DNA of 64,000 bases from Patescibacteria group bacterium. GTDB taxonomy: Bacteria > Patescibacteriota > Minisyncoccia > Phycocordibacterales > PALSA-1337. Shown piece after piece: positions 39,940-48,438 of the stretch (the first letter of the stretch is position 1; each line of letters starts with the position of its first letter). The notes under the pieces were generated by a model, which made no database searches, was not told the origin of the DNA, and was given only the letters and a program-made list of their open reading frames with translations. The stretch lies in the NCBI GenBank assembly GCA_024654575.1, contig JANLHG010000014.1:24745-88744 (forward strand), written 5' to 3'. The translations under genes were made by a program, and so were the position numbers.

Positions 39940-41214
39940 TCAAGTTTTTTTGAGTTCTTCGCGGACGACTACACGGTCGTCCCATTGGATAATTTTAGAG
40001 CCTATAATCATAGATTGCTCGCTACCTTTACCTGTAATCAAGACAATATCGCCTGTGGTAGCTAGTGAAAGAGCTTTTTTAATACCTTCTCGTCTATCTT
40101 CTATAGTAAAAAGATTTTGATTTCTTATTTTTCCATGATTTTCAGCAACTTTGGCAATATCTTCTATAATTTCTATTGGGTCATCATCATATGGGTCAAC
40201 ATTTGAAACAATGACATAATCTGCAAATTTTCCAGCTAATTCACCCATTGCAGGTCGTTTAGCTTTATCTCTTCCACCTCCTTCGGCACCAAGGAGAAGA
40301 ATAATGCGACCGCCCATAGCTTTTGCTGTTTGTAAAAGCAAGCTCATGGATTGTTTTTCGTGTGCGTAATCAACAAATACTGTAAATGTCTGACCGCAAT
40401 CAATTTTTTCCATTCTGCCTGGGATAATAGTTAAGGAAGAAAGGCCTTTTTGGATAGCGGAAGTTGGGAGGTTGAGGGCACGAGCGACAGCGAGCGCGCC
40501 TAAAGCGTTGTATACATTAAAAATACCCGGAATTGAAAGTGAAAAACTATCATTATTTACTTTAAAAGTGGTTTTTTGTTGAATTATTTCAACATTTTCG
40601 GCTTTAAAATCTGATGGAGAGTTTAAACTAAAAGTTAGCTTATTTTTAGCTGGATTATTTAAATAGTATGAGGAATGTTCACTGTCCGCATTAACTATGA
40701 TAGTTTTAGCTTTTTTAAATATAATTCCTTTGGTTTCTTTATATTTCTCAAAACTTCCACCGTGAGAGGGGAGATGCTCAGGGTAAAGGTTTGTAAAAAT
40801 AGCGATATCTATTGAAAGGCCTTTCTGACGGTTTAATTTAATTCCCTCTGAAGTTATCTCAACTACAACATGAGTACATCCCGCCTTTTTCATTTCTAAA
40901 AGTGTTTTTTGAAATAAAAATGGTCCGGGCATCGTCATATGATAAGTGTTCATCTTTTCTTGGTTATCAATACGAATATTAGCTGTACCAATCAATCCTG
41001 TTTTTATACCACTAGCATTAAGTACAGACCAGATATAATTTGCAGTTGATGTTTTACCTTTTGTACCAGTAATACCTATCACAACCATATTTTTAGAAGG
41101 GTATCCGTATACGAAAGAGGCGACGTATATCCAAATCAAATGCCAGAAAGGTTGGAGAGCCTTAAATAATTTTGTCGGAATAATTTTTCTACCAATTGCA
41201 AATAGTTTTTTCAT
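39940..41214 (-). CDS. murE: UDP-MurNAc-tripeptide synthetase
   Basis: GITGTKGKT, PGRME, VDYAH, GGGRDKAKRP; DNPR motif replaced by VDPY. Confidence 0.88.
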   Translation of the reverse strand: MKKLFAIGRKIIPTKLFKALQPFWHLIWIYVASFVYGYPSKNMVVIGITGTKGKTSTANYIWSVLNASGIKTGLIGTANIRIDNQEKMNTYHMTMPGPFLFQKTLLEMKKAGCTHVVVEITSEGIKLNRQKGLSIDIAIFTNLYPEHLPSHGGSFEKYKETKGIIFKKAKTIIVNADSEHSSYYLNNPAKNKLTFSLNSPSDFKAENVEIIQQKTTFKVNNDSFSLSIPGIFNVYNALGALAVARALNLPTSAIQKGLSSLTIIPGRMEKIDCGQTFTVFVDYAHEKQSMSLLLQTAKAMGGRIILLLGAEGGGRDKAKRPAMGELAGKFADYVIVSNVDPYDDDPIEIIEDIAKVAENHGKIRNQNLFTIEDRREGIKKALSLATTGDIVLITGKGSEQSMIIGSKIIQWDDRVVVREELKKT

Positions 41215-41215
41215 A

Positions 41216-41776
41216 TTATTTTCCTAAAATTTTCAATCCCGCTTTTATTTTTTTACCCACATCTGTAATTTCTTTGGGGATATTTTTTAAAACTTCTCTG
41301 ACCGTAGATTGTGAGTAGCCGAGAGATATAAGGGCTTCCATTGCATCAGTTTCTTGTTGAATTGGAATATTATCACTTTCAAATGAACCGATTTTATTTT
41401 TAAGTTCTAATACTATTTTATCAGCATTCTTTTTACCAATTCCTGAAACCTTTGTTAAGTGAGAAGTATCTCCGGACGCAATAGCGTTGCGAATGGTATT
41501 AATTGATGCGACATTTAAAATACCTAAAGCTGTCTTAGGTCCAATTCCCGAAATGGTAATTAAAAGTTCAAAGAAACTGAGTTCATCAATGGAAATAAAA
41601 CCATATAAATCAAGAGCATTTTCACGAACTGACAAGTGAGTCCAGATAGAAACTTTATTTTTTAGTTTATTAATAGTATCGATAGTAGCGAAAATCTTGT
41701 AACCGACACCGTTAGTATCTATAACTACGAATCGCAAATCTTTATGGATTACCTTTCCTTTGACATGAGAAATCAT
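41216..41776 (-). CDS. ruvA: Holliday junction branch migration protein RuvA
   Basis: GVGY, LYGF, SGIGPKTAL, GIGKKNA, ALISLGY. Confidence 0.96.
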   Translation of the reverse strand: MISHVKGKVIHKDLRFVVIDTNGVGYKIFATIDTINKLKNKVSIWTHLSVRENALDLYGFISIDELSFFELLITISGIGPKTALGILNVASINTIRNAIASGDTSHLTKVSGIGKKNADKIVLELKNKIGSFESDNIPIQQETDAMEALISLGYSQSTVREVLKNIPKEITDVGKKIKAGLKILGK

Positions 41777-41860
41777 ATACTAATCATATATCATGAAGCT
41801 TGAAACATGAAGCGTTTGCTTTTTTAATAAATGTCTGTTACGATAACCAAACATAAAAAA

Positions 41861-42124
41861 ATGCCAATAACATCATCAGCAAAAAAAGCCTTAAGAGCTT
41901 CAAAAACAAAAAGAGTATACAATCTTCGTATTAAAGCGAATGTTGATAGTTCAATTAAAGAATTAAAAAAATTGGTTGTTAAAAAAGATAAAGTTGGCGC
42001 TATGAAACTGATGCCTGCGGTATACAAAGCTCTAGATAAAGCAGCTAAAAAGAATTATATAAAAGATAATAATGCTTCTCGTCTAAAATCTCGTATTTCA
42101 GCGATGGTTAAAAAAATCGCCTAA
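41861..42124 (+). CDS. rpsT: 30S ribosomal protein S20
   Basis: MPITSSAKKALR...LDKAAKK..I..NNASRLKSR. Confidence 0.95.
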   Translation: MPITSSAKKALRASKTKRVYNLRIKANVDSSIKELKKLVVKKDKVGAMKLMPAVYKALDKAAKKNYIKDNNASRLKSRISAMVKKIA

Positions 42125-42196
42125 GCTCTCATCGTTCAATGGATAGGACATAACTTTGCGGAAGTTAAAATGTAGGTTCGATTCCTACTGGGAGCA
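42125..42196 (+). tRNA. tRNA-Arg(GCG)
   Basis: GCTCTCA acceptor; TAACT-TT GCG GA-AGTTA; D-loop like the other Arg tRNAs. Confidence 0.9.
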
Positions 42197-42206
42197 CAAC
42201 TAGCGT

Positions 42207-42665
42207 TTAAAACCCTAATTTTTCCATAATCTTTTGACTTAAAGGCTCAATATGTTCTTCTTCAGAAAGATATGCAAGTAATACATCACGGACAATATCA
42301 CTATCAGTTATTTCGTCTATAGGAATTATGATAAAAGGTGCTAAAAGTTTTTTTGATTTAAAAATTATTTTGTGTTCATGTTCATCAATCCAAAATGACT
42401 CTAAAGTATTGAATGGGTAAATAAAATTATTAGCAGAAACTCCTCTATCACTTATTTCGCAGGAAAGAGTTTGGGGTTTTTTTGCTGAGACTAAACAAAG
42501 AGCAAAAGCAGAAATGACTGTAAAAATAGCAAAAAGGATATTGTTAAAAATGACAGAAGTAGTAGCAATAGAAATTGTAATAATTCCCACTGCCCAATAC
42601 CAATCAGAGTTTTTTCTAATATGTTGATGCTCAAGTACGCTCCATTCTAGTTGAGTCTGTGCCAT
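42207..42665 (-). CDS. Conserved CPR membrane protein
   Basis: W...EH...KNSDWYW, 2 TM helices, ESFWI. Confidence 0.65.
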   Translation of the reverse strand: MAQTQLEWSVLEHQHIRKNSDWYWAVGIITISIATTSVIFNNILFAIFTVISAFALCLVSAKKPQTLSCEISDRGVSANNFIYPFNTLESFWIDEHEHKIIFKSKKLLAPFIIIPIDEITDSDIVRDVLLAYLSEEEHIEPLSQKIMEKLGF

Positions 42666-42753
42666 GTATATATTTTAACATATAACATTAAAAAGATACT
42701 ATATTAAATAAGTTGAAATATATTTAAAAATATGACATTATTTCAAAGTATAG

Positions 42754-42840
42754 GGATGGGTGCCAGAGTGGTCTAATGGAACAGTCTTGAAAACTGTCGC
42801 CTTCGCAAGGGGGCCGTGAGTTCGAATCTCACCCCATCCG
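42754..42840 (+). tRNA. tRNA-Ser(UGA)
   Basis: GGATGGG/CCCATCC acceptor; CT-TGA-AA loop; long variable arm. Confidence 0.94.
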
Positions 42841-42841
42841 C

Positions 42842-43225
42842 ATGAAACTTCTTGGAATTGATTATGGTTCAAAAAGAGTGGGAATAGCGCTTTCTGATGA
42901 TGGTGGAAAGTTTGCTATTCCCTTTATTGTTTTAGATAATTCTAAAAAATTAACAGAAGACATTGTAGGTATTGCTAAAAAAAATGGAGTACAAGAAATA
43001 GTACTTGGAGAATCAAAAAATTATAAAGGAGAAGCCAATGTTATTCTTGAAGATAGTTTAAAATTAAAGGAAGAAATTGAGAAGAGTGGTTTTTTGGTCT
43101 ATCTTGAACCAGAGTTTATGACTTCAGTTGCGGCAGAGAGATTTCAGGGAAAGAATGATATGCTTGATGCTTCAGCAGCAGCGCTTATATTACAAAGTTT
43201 TTTAGATAAAAAGAAAAACAAATGA
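42842..43225 (+). CDS. ruvX: RuvX/YqgF pre-16S rRNA nuclease
   Basis: LGIDYGSKRVGIALSD, EFMTS, DASAAALILQSFLD. Confidence 0.93.
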   Translation: MKLLGIDYGSKRVGIALSDDGGKFAIPFIVLDNSKKLTEDIVGIAKKNGVQEIVLGESKNYKGEANVILEDSLKLKEEIEKSGFLVYLEPEFMTSVAAERFQGKNDMLDASAAALILQSFLDKKKNK

Positions 43226-43551
43226 TTACATATGATGATTTTCAAAAAGTAGAAATATGTGTTGGAAAAATTTTATCAGCTGAAAAGATTCCAGATACGG
43301 ATAAGCTTTTAAAACTTTCAGTAGATTTTTCTGAAGAAAAACCACGCCAGATTGTCTCTGGTATTTCTATGTATTTTCCAGACCTCCAAAATTTAATAGG
43401 AAAAAAATGTTTGTTTGTTATAAATCTTGAACCGCGTATAATTAAAGGTGTTGAATCTAATGGTATGCTTTTTGCGTTATCAACCTTGGATGGAAATTTT
43501 TCTTTACTCGAACCAAATGATTCCATTCCAGTTGGAACTAAAGCAAAATAA
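43222..43551 (+). CDS. Stand-alone tRNA-binding OB-fold protein (MetG C-terminal/CsaA/Trbp111)
   Basis: ITYDDFQKVEI.VGKI, DKLLKL, RQIVSGI, NLEPR..GVESNGM. Confidence 0.9.
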   Translation: MITYDDFQKVEICVGKILSAEKIPDTDKLLKLSVDFSEEKPRQIVSGISMYFPDLQNLIGKKCLFVINLEPRIIKGVESNGMLFALSTLDGNFSLLEPNDSIPVGTKAK

Positions 43552-43552
43552 T

Positions 43553-44146
43553 ATGGAAAATCTTTTAGATCCTATTTTTATAATCAAAACTCTCGGTATT
43601 TTAGGTGTTTTTGCGATTATTTTCGCAGAAACTGGACTGTTTTTTGGTTTTTTTCTCCCAGGAGACTCTCTTTTGTTTACAGCTGGTTTTTTGGCATCAC
43701 AGGGATATTTAAGTATCGCTTTGTTGGTAGGAGGAAGTGCTTTATTCGCTATTGTCGGCGATAGTGTCGGGTATGCTTTTGGTAAAAAAACTGGTCCTGC
43801 TATTTTTAATAAAGAAAATTCAAGATTTTTTAATAAACATCATATTGAAAGAGCTAAAGTTTTTTATGAAAAACATGGTAGAAAGACTATTATTTTGGCT
43901 CGCTTCGTGCCTATTGTTAGAACTTTCGCTCCAATTATAGCTGGAGTAGGGGAAATGGAATATCGGACATTTTTATTTTTCAACATTATTGGTGGAGTTC
44001 TTTGGACGTTTGGTTTAAGTTTTCTAGGTTATTGGTTGGGTAATACTATACCAAATGTGGACCAGTATTTACTTCCCATAATTCTTGTTATCATTTTTTT
44101 GTCACTTATTCCCATCATTATCGAATTTTTAAAAAAGAAAGTGTAG
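43553..44146 (+). CDS. DedA/VTT family membrane protein
   Basis: FAETGL..GFFLPGDSLLF, ARFVPIVRTFAP; ATG at 43553. Confidence 0.93.
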   Translation: MENLLDPIFIIKTLGILGVFAIIFAETGLFFGFFLPGDSLLFTAGFLASQGYLSIALLVGGSALFAIVGDSVGYAFGKKTGPAIFNKENSRFFNKHHIERAKVFYEKHGRKTIILARFVPIVRTFAPIIAGVGEMEYRTFLFFNIIGGVLWTFGLSFLGYWLGNTIPNVDQYLLPIILVIIFLSLIPIIIEFLKKKV

Positions 44147-44167
44147 TATAATAAAGTCACTTTCATT

Positions 44168-45010
44168 ATGTTTTTAAAGAGTTTTTTTAATTTTTTTCCA
44201 CCACCCAAATTTCTACGTATGCCTTACGTCGGTCTTTATGTATCTGATGAGGCTATTCGATTTGTGGAACTTATAAGAAATAGAAAAGATTTTAAGCTTG
44301 GTCGCTATGGAGAAAAAATTTTATATCCCGGAATAGTTCAATCTGGATATATAAACGACGTTAATGCCCTTACAAAAAGTTTAAAAGAATTAAAAAAAGA
44401 ATTTAATTTGTATTTTGTGAGCGTTGCATTACCTGAAGAAAAAGCCTATTTGTTTAAAATGGATGTTCCTAATATTGATGAAAAAGAAATTCGCACAAAT
44501 ATTGAATTTCATTTAGCAGAAAATGTTCCAATTTCACCAGACCAAACAATCTTTGATTATGAAGCAACTGGAGATAATAAAATAATTGTTTCTGCTTTGC
44601 CTAGTAAGGTCGTTAACACTTATTTAGATGTTTTTGTAGAAGCAGGACTTTGCCCTGTTGGATTTAAAACTGAAGGACAAGCGTTAGTAAAGGCCTTTAT
44701 AAAAAAAGAAGATTTAGGTACTTATATCATTATTAATGCTGAGGAGAAAAAAACTGGTATATTTATAGTTAGTGAAGGGGTTGTGCGTTTTTCATCAACA
44801 ATTATAGGTGATGAGAGTGTAGTAAAAAATGAAGTTGATAAAGTTAGAAATTATTGGGATACACATGACGAAAAAAATAAGAAAATAGAAAAAGTTATTA
44901 TTCCTAGTAGTCCTTGGGTCAATGCCTTTAACTTAGACAAATATATTCCACCCATTGAATCTAGTAGGGCATTAAAATATGCTGTACCCATAGGACTAAC
45001 TTTAGATTAA
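44168..45010 (+). CDS. pilM: Type IV pilus assembly protein PilM (short)
   Basis: VGLYVSDEAIRFVEL actin-like start; heads a pilMNO block. Confidence 0.78.
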   Translation: MFLKSFFNFFPPPKFLRMPYVGLYVSDEAIRFVELIRNRKDFKLGRYGEKILYPGIVQSGYINDVNALTKSLKELKKEFNLYFVSVALPEEKAYLFKMDVPNIDEKEIRTNIEFHLAENVPISPDQTIFDYEATGDNKIIVSALPSKVVNTYLDVFVEAGLCPVGFKTEGQALVKAFIKKEDLGTYIIINAEEKKTGIFIVSEGVVRFSSTIIGDESVVKNEVDKVRNYWDTHDEKNKKIEKVIIPSSPWVNAFNLDKYIPPIESSRALKYAVPIGLTLD

Positions 45011-45018
45011 AAATACAA

Positions 45019-45567
45019 ATGTTTAATTTACTTCCAGAAAAATATAAAAAAAGATTAGAAAATGAGTATAATATTCGTTTGGCTATTGTAGTTTTTGTTC
45101 TTATTTTTTTAATTACTCTCATTTCTGTCGCTTTTCTTACACCCTCATATCTATTATCTAAAACCAAAGAAACTGAGGTTGAAAATCGTTTAGCTACTAT
45201 TAAAAATCAAGCTCCAGACCAGACAAGTGTTGAACTTAATGCTGTTTTGTTACAAACAAAAAAAGAACTTTCTGTTTTAGCGCCAACTAGCAATATTTCT
45301 TTTTTGGAATCTATTAAAAAAATTTTAGCCAGAAAAATACCAAATATAACCATAATTGGTCTAACTATAATTGAAAACGGCTCCATTTGGAAAACATCAA
45401 TATCAGGTGTTGCTTCCAATAGAGATACTTTAATTTCCTTTAAAAAGTCACTAGAAAGTGAACAATCGTTTAGTGGAGTTGATTTGCCGATTTCTGATCT
45501 TGCTAGAAATAAAGACATTCCTTTTACCATTACAGTTAGTGGAGCGTTAAAAAACAATGAAAAATAA
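45019..45567 (+). CDS. pilN: PilN-like protein
   Basis: MFNLLP motif, TM, ISGVASNRDTL..F...L. Confidence 0.78.
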   Translation: MFNLLPEKYKKRLENEYNIRLAIVVFVLIFLITLISVAFLTPSYLLSKTKETEVENRLATIKNQAPDQTSVELNAVLLQTKKELSVLAPTSNISFLESIKKILARKIPNITIIGLTIIENGSIWKTSISGVASNRDTLISFKKSLESEQSFSGVDLPISDLARNKDIPFTITVSGALKNNEK

Positions 45568-46093
45568 TAATAAAAATTTAGTAATTCTTGTTTCATTGAT
45601 TTTACTCAGTGTCATCGCGATTATTTCGTATGTTATTTTATATTTAGATATAAATAAAAAAAATGAAAATATAGCTAATATTTCTCAAAGTATTAACAAT
45701 TTATATGAAATAAGTAGTACCCGAGTTTCTTTGGAAAATATTGTAACCAATACTGCCGAAAATAGACAAAAAATATTAGGTTATTTTGTAGAAAAAGACG
45801 GAACAGCAAAGTTTTTAGAGTCAATAGAAGATCTGGCGAAAGAACATTCTCTTGTTTTTAATGTTAAGTCAGTTGGTATAGCTGATATAGCAAAAAATAA
45901 TGCTTCAACTTCTATCGCTCTTATTGACCTTCAGATTGAAACTAAAGGTTCTTGGAATGATATAATGAATTTTTATTCACTATTGGAAACTCTTCCATAC
46001 AAGACAAAGTTTTCAATGATTCAATTAGAAAAAGATGATGTCGCCCCAAGATGGAATGGAGTCGTATCCTTTAATGTGGCAATTTTAAAATAA
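45557..46093 (+). CDS. pilO: PilO-like protein
   Basis: TM, coiled coil, GSWNDIMNFYSLLETLP. Confidence 0.72.
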   Translation: MKNNNKNLVILVSLILLSVIAIISYVILYLDINKKNENIANISQSINNLYEISSTRVSLENIVTNTAENRQKILGYFVEKDGTAKFLESIEDLAKEHSLVFNVKSVGIADIAKNNASTSIALIDLQIETKGSWNDIMNFYSLLETLPYKTKFSMIQLEKDDVAPRWNGVVSFNVAILK

Positions 46094-46097
46094 AAAT

Positions 46098-46361
46098 ATG
46101 AACAATAATTCATGCAGAGATTGGTTAATTATTATAATTTCTTCCGCGATTGTTTTGATAATATTTATTTTATTAAGTTGGAATGTATTCAATCATGTAA
46201 ATGATAGCGGATACTCAGATATTACTAATCAAAATGAATTGAGTGCTAAATTACTTGACCAAAAAACCCTTCAAGGTGTTGTAGATAATTTTTCTATGAA
46301 AAAATTAAACTTTGACGAACTACGCAAAAATCCTTTACGCTTTGAAGATCCATCAATATAA
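46098..46361 (+). CDS. Small membrane protein after pilO (PilP position)
   Basis: TM segment; C-terminal EDPS. Confidence 0.5.
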   Translation: MNNNSCRDWLIIIISSAIVLIIFILLSWNVFNHVNDSGYSDITNQNELSAKLLDQKTLQGVVDNFSMKKLNFDELRKNPLRFEDPSI

Positions 46362-46377
46362 TATATATTATAGTTAC

Positions 46378-46449
46378 GCTCCCGTAGTTCAATGGATAGA
46401 ACAGAGCTCTTCTAAGGCTTTGATGTAGGTTCGATTCCTACCGGGAGCA
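46378..46449 (+). tRNA. tRNA-Arg(UCU)
   Basis: GCTCCCG acceptor; CT-TCT-AA loop. Confidence 0.94.
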
Positions 46450-46542
46450 CCGAAATAGATATCCACCTTTACTTGTTTTTTGTTATGATATAATAAAACG
46501 AAGGTTAAGATAAGTTAATTATTAGAATTAATAAATATTAAT

Positions 46543-46761
46543 ATGAAAATGCATGCAATTACATTCATACTGCTTATAATCGGTGGTTTGAATTGGTTAT
46601 TAGTAGGACTTTTTAAATGGGATATTGGGGTTTGGTTCGGTGGACAAGATAATGGAATTTCAAGATTGATTTACATACTTGTCGGTCTTTCAGCTCTTTA
46701 TGAGCTTTTCACTCACAAGAGATGTTGCAAAAACTGCAATTCTGCTCCGCAAACAATGTAA
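46543..46761 (+). CDS. DUF378 family membrane protein
   Basis: LLIIGGLNWLLVGLF, RLIYILVGLSA. Confidence 0.9.
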   Translation: MKMHAITFILLIIGGLNWLLVGLFKWDIGVWFGGQDNGISRLIYILVGLSALYELFTHKRCCKNCNSAPQTM

Positions 46762-46776
46762 TTTAAAACTTTAGAG

Positions 46777-46815
46777 AAAAAACACCTTTCACAAATTTGT
46801 GAAAGGTGTTTTTTT
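46777..46815. terminator. Bidirectional intrinsic terminator
   Basis: Perfect palindrome AAAAAACACCTTTCACAAA/TTTGTGAAAGGTGTTTTTT. Confidence 0.85.
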
Positions 46816-46862
46816 GTTGGTGCCTCTATTGTACCAAGTTAGAACCTATTTTCAAAATCGGT

Positions 46863-46902
46863 TCCGCGCGGGCTTCTGGATTTTGTTTTTGGCGAGGCGG
46901 GC
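46863..46902 (+). repeat. GC-rich repeat, left copy (inverted relative to 48176-48216)
   Basis: TCCGCGCGGGCTTCTGGATTTTGTTTTTGGCGAGGCGGGC; about 35/41 identical to reverse complement of right copy by hand alignment. Confidence 0.75.
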
Positions 46903-46925
46903 TATAATTTAAACAGTTAAAACTA

Positions 46926-47615
46926 CTATTTGAATTTAAAGGTTGAAAGAATTTTACTGTAAAATTCTATGTCAGATGTTGTTAGTGTTGGAGCTTGAAA
47001 TATTTCTGGGTCCGAATTGATATCAATTTTGCTTTTTATTGTTAAGGCCACTAGATGACGGTTAACCAAGAGATAGGTTGTAACCGTCTGAGCGCTAGAC
47101 TCCGGATTATATATTACATTTTGCTTCCGCTGAATCGCCGGTAGACCATCAACTATAATATTCTGTTTTGATAAAACCCTTGGACCTCCTTCACCGACTG
47201 TATTACCTACAGCGTCCATGTCAGCAAGAGTTTTTTCTAAAGAAAATTCTGATCTTTCTGGATGAATGAATATTTCGAATTGATATTTATTATTTGAAAA
47301 AAATCTCCAAATTTCAGGGTTAGCACTTCGAGGCTCGAAATCTGAAAGCAGCTTAAATTCATACGTCACTTCATTGAATGAATCTTTAATCGTTTTCCAA
47401 TTTGCGGTTTCACTTTTTGGTGCAGCAACTTGCGGTGTTTGAGTATTTATCTGTTGTTGAACTTGATTTGCTTGTGGTTGATAATTATTTTCTTCTGTAT
47501 TTGAAGAAGGAGCTGGTGTTTTTGTTGCGTAGTAGACAACACCGCCGCCGACAGCCAAAGCGGCAATTATCGCTACTATTACACCTATCCCTATAAAACC
47601 TTTATTATATTTCAT
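46926..47615 (-). CDS. Membrane-anchored/secreted protein with pilin-like KGF leader and PsbP-like domain
   Basis: MKYNKGFIGIGV.. TM; ETANWKT; NIIVDGLPA; FYSKILSTFKF. Confidence 0.65.
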   Translation of the reverse strand: MKYNKGFIGIGVIVAIIAALAVGGGVVYYATKTPAPSSNTEENNYQPQANQVQQQINTQTPQVAAPKSETANWKTIKDSFNEVTYEFKLLSDFEPRSANPEIWRFFSNNKYQFEIFIHPERSEFSLEKTLADMDAVGNTVGEGGPRVLSKQNIIVDGLPAIQRKQNVIYNPESSAQTVTTYLLVNRHLVALTIKSKIDINSDPEIFQAPTLTTSDIEFYSKILSTFKFK

Positions 47616-47821
47616 AAAATTAGTAATGACTAAGTTAGAATGACCTTTAATAATAAAATTCAATATCACTGGTTACTATATCACAATTTACCTTAAAAAC
47701 GAACAGCCAAGCCATTTCTGGCAGAAAGGGCATTTTTCCTTGACTTCTTTTGTTGTTCATATATACTTACAGAGTCCTTAGAAAACGCCGGCCTGTACGG
47801 CGTTTTCCTTTGCCTAAATAG

Positions 47822-48088
47822 CTACTTATTGTCTAGTTTAATTCGCTTTTTCCAATCATCAAGTTCAAGATATAAAACTTTTCCTGGATACTTTGCTAGT
47901 AAATTTCTGAGTTTTGTGGAAAATCGTGACGTTGCATATCGTGGACCAACTTTGTTTTTCTTCGCGCTTGATACAAGATATACCTTTGTCCCGTTTTGCA
48001 CCACTCGTTCAATAAGTAATTCAAAATCTCCTTCGCAATTACACTTCCAAGAATTTCCCATATTTACTTTTGGGTAATTTCCGTGTTG
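47822..48088 (-). CDS. Small hypothetical protein (start uncertain)
   Basis: 3' part of track ORF 47822-48268; the 5' part of that ORF runs through the GC-rich repeat. Confidence 0.35.
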   Translation of the reverse strand, partial: QHGNYPKVNMGNSWKCNCEGDFELLIERVVQNGTKVYLVSSAKKNKVGPRYATSRFSTKLRNLLAKYPGKVLYLELDDWKKRIKLDNK

Positions 48089-48175
48089 CATTTTGGACAA
48101 TTGGTGCTTAAAATCCTGTCTTCGTTTTTGTATGTGAAAAATTATTTTATCATTTTTGATCTTTTTAATCCATCT

Positions 48176-48240
48176 GCCCGCCTCCACTAAAACAGAAATC
48201 CAAAAGTCCGCGCGGATTCCTCCCCAGACCCCTGCCTCCG
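48176..48240 (-). repeat. GC-rich repeat, right copy with extension
   Basis: GCCCGCCTCCACTAAAACAGAAATCCAAAAGTCCGCGCGGATTCCTCCCCAGACCCCTGCCTCCG. Confidence 0.7.
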
Positions 48241-48284
48241 CAACGCCCACTCCTTGGTTGGTTCTCAACCGCTAAGTTCCATTT

Positions 48285-48360
48285 TGGTGCGGGATGCAGG
48301 ACTCGAACCTGCGACCTTCTCAGTGTAAATGAGTTGCTCTACCAACTGAGCTAATCCCGC
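48285..48360 (-). tRNA. tRNA-Val(UAC), CCA encoded
   Basis: Reverse complement GCGGGATTAGCTCAGTTGGTAGAGC...TT TAC AC...ATCCCGCACCA. Confidence 0.95.
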
Positions 48361-48438
48361 ATTATTTTTGTTTTTAAAAACATACTCACAATAAACTATT
48401 TTTACTTATTTTTCAACTCTGATACAATATAATCTTAT

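Larger units (their letters stand above)
46817..48290. mobile_element. Decayed genomic island integrated at the tRNA-Val 3' end
   Basis: TTGGTGC direct repeat at 46817-46823 and 48284-48290; excision rejoins the tRNA to its terminator; recombinase-tail remnants at both ends. Confidence 0.7.

Noticed and set aside
46355-46377. dif-like site (ATAATATATATTATAGTTA)
   Set aside because: XerD arm is poor, the site is origin-proximal, and it is better explained as the AT-rich promoter of tRNA-Arg(UCU)
47822-48268. Full 148-aa ORF as listed in the track
   Set aside because: N-terminal third is translated GC-rich repeat; the real start is probably downstream
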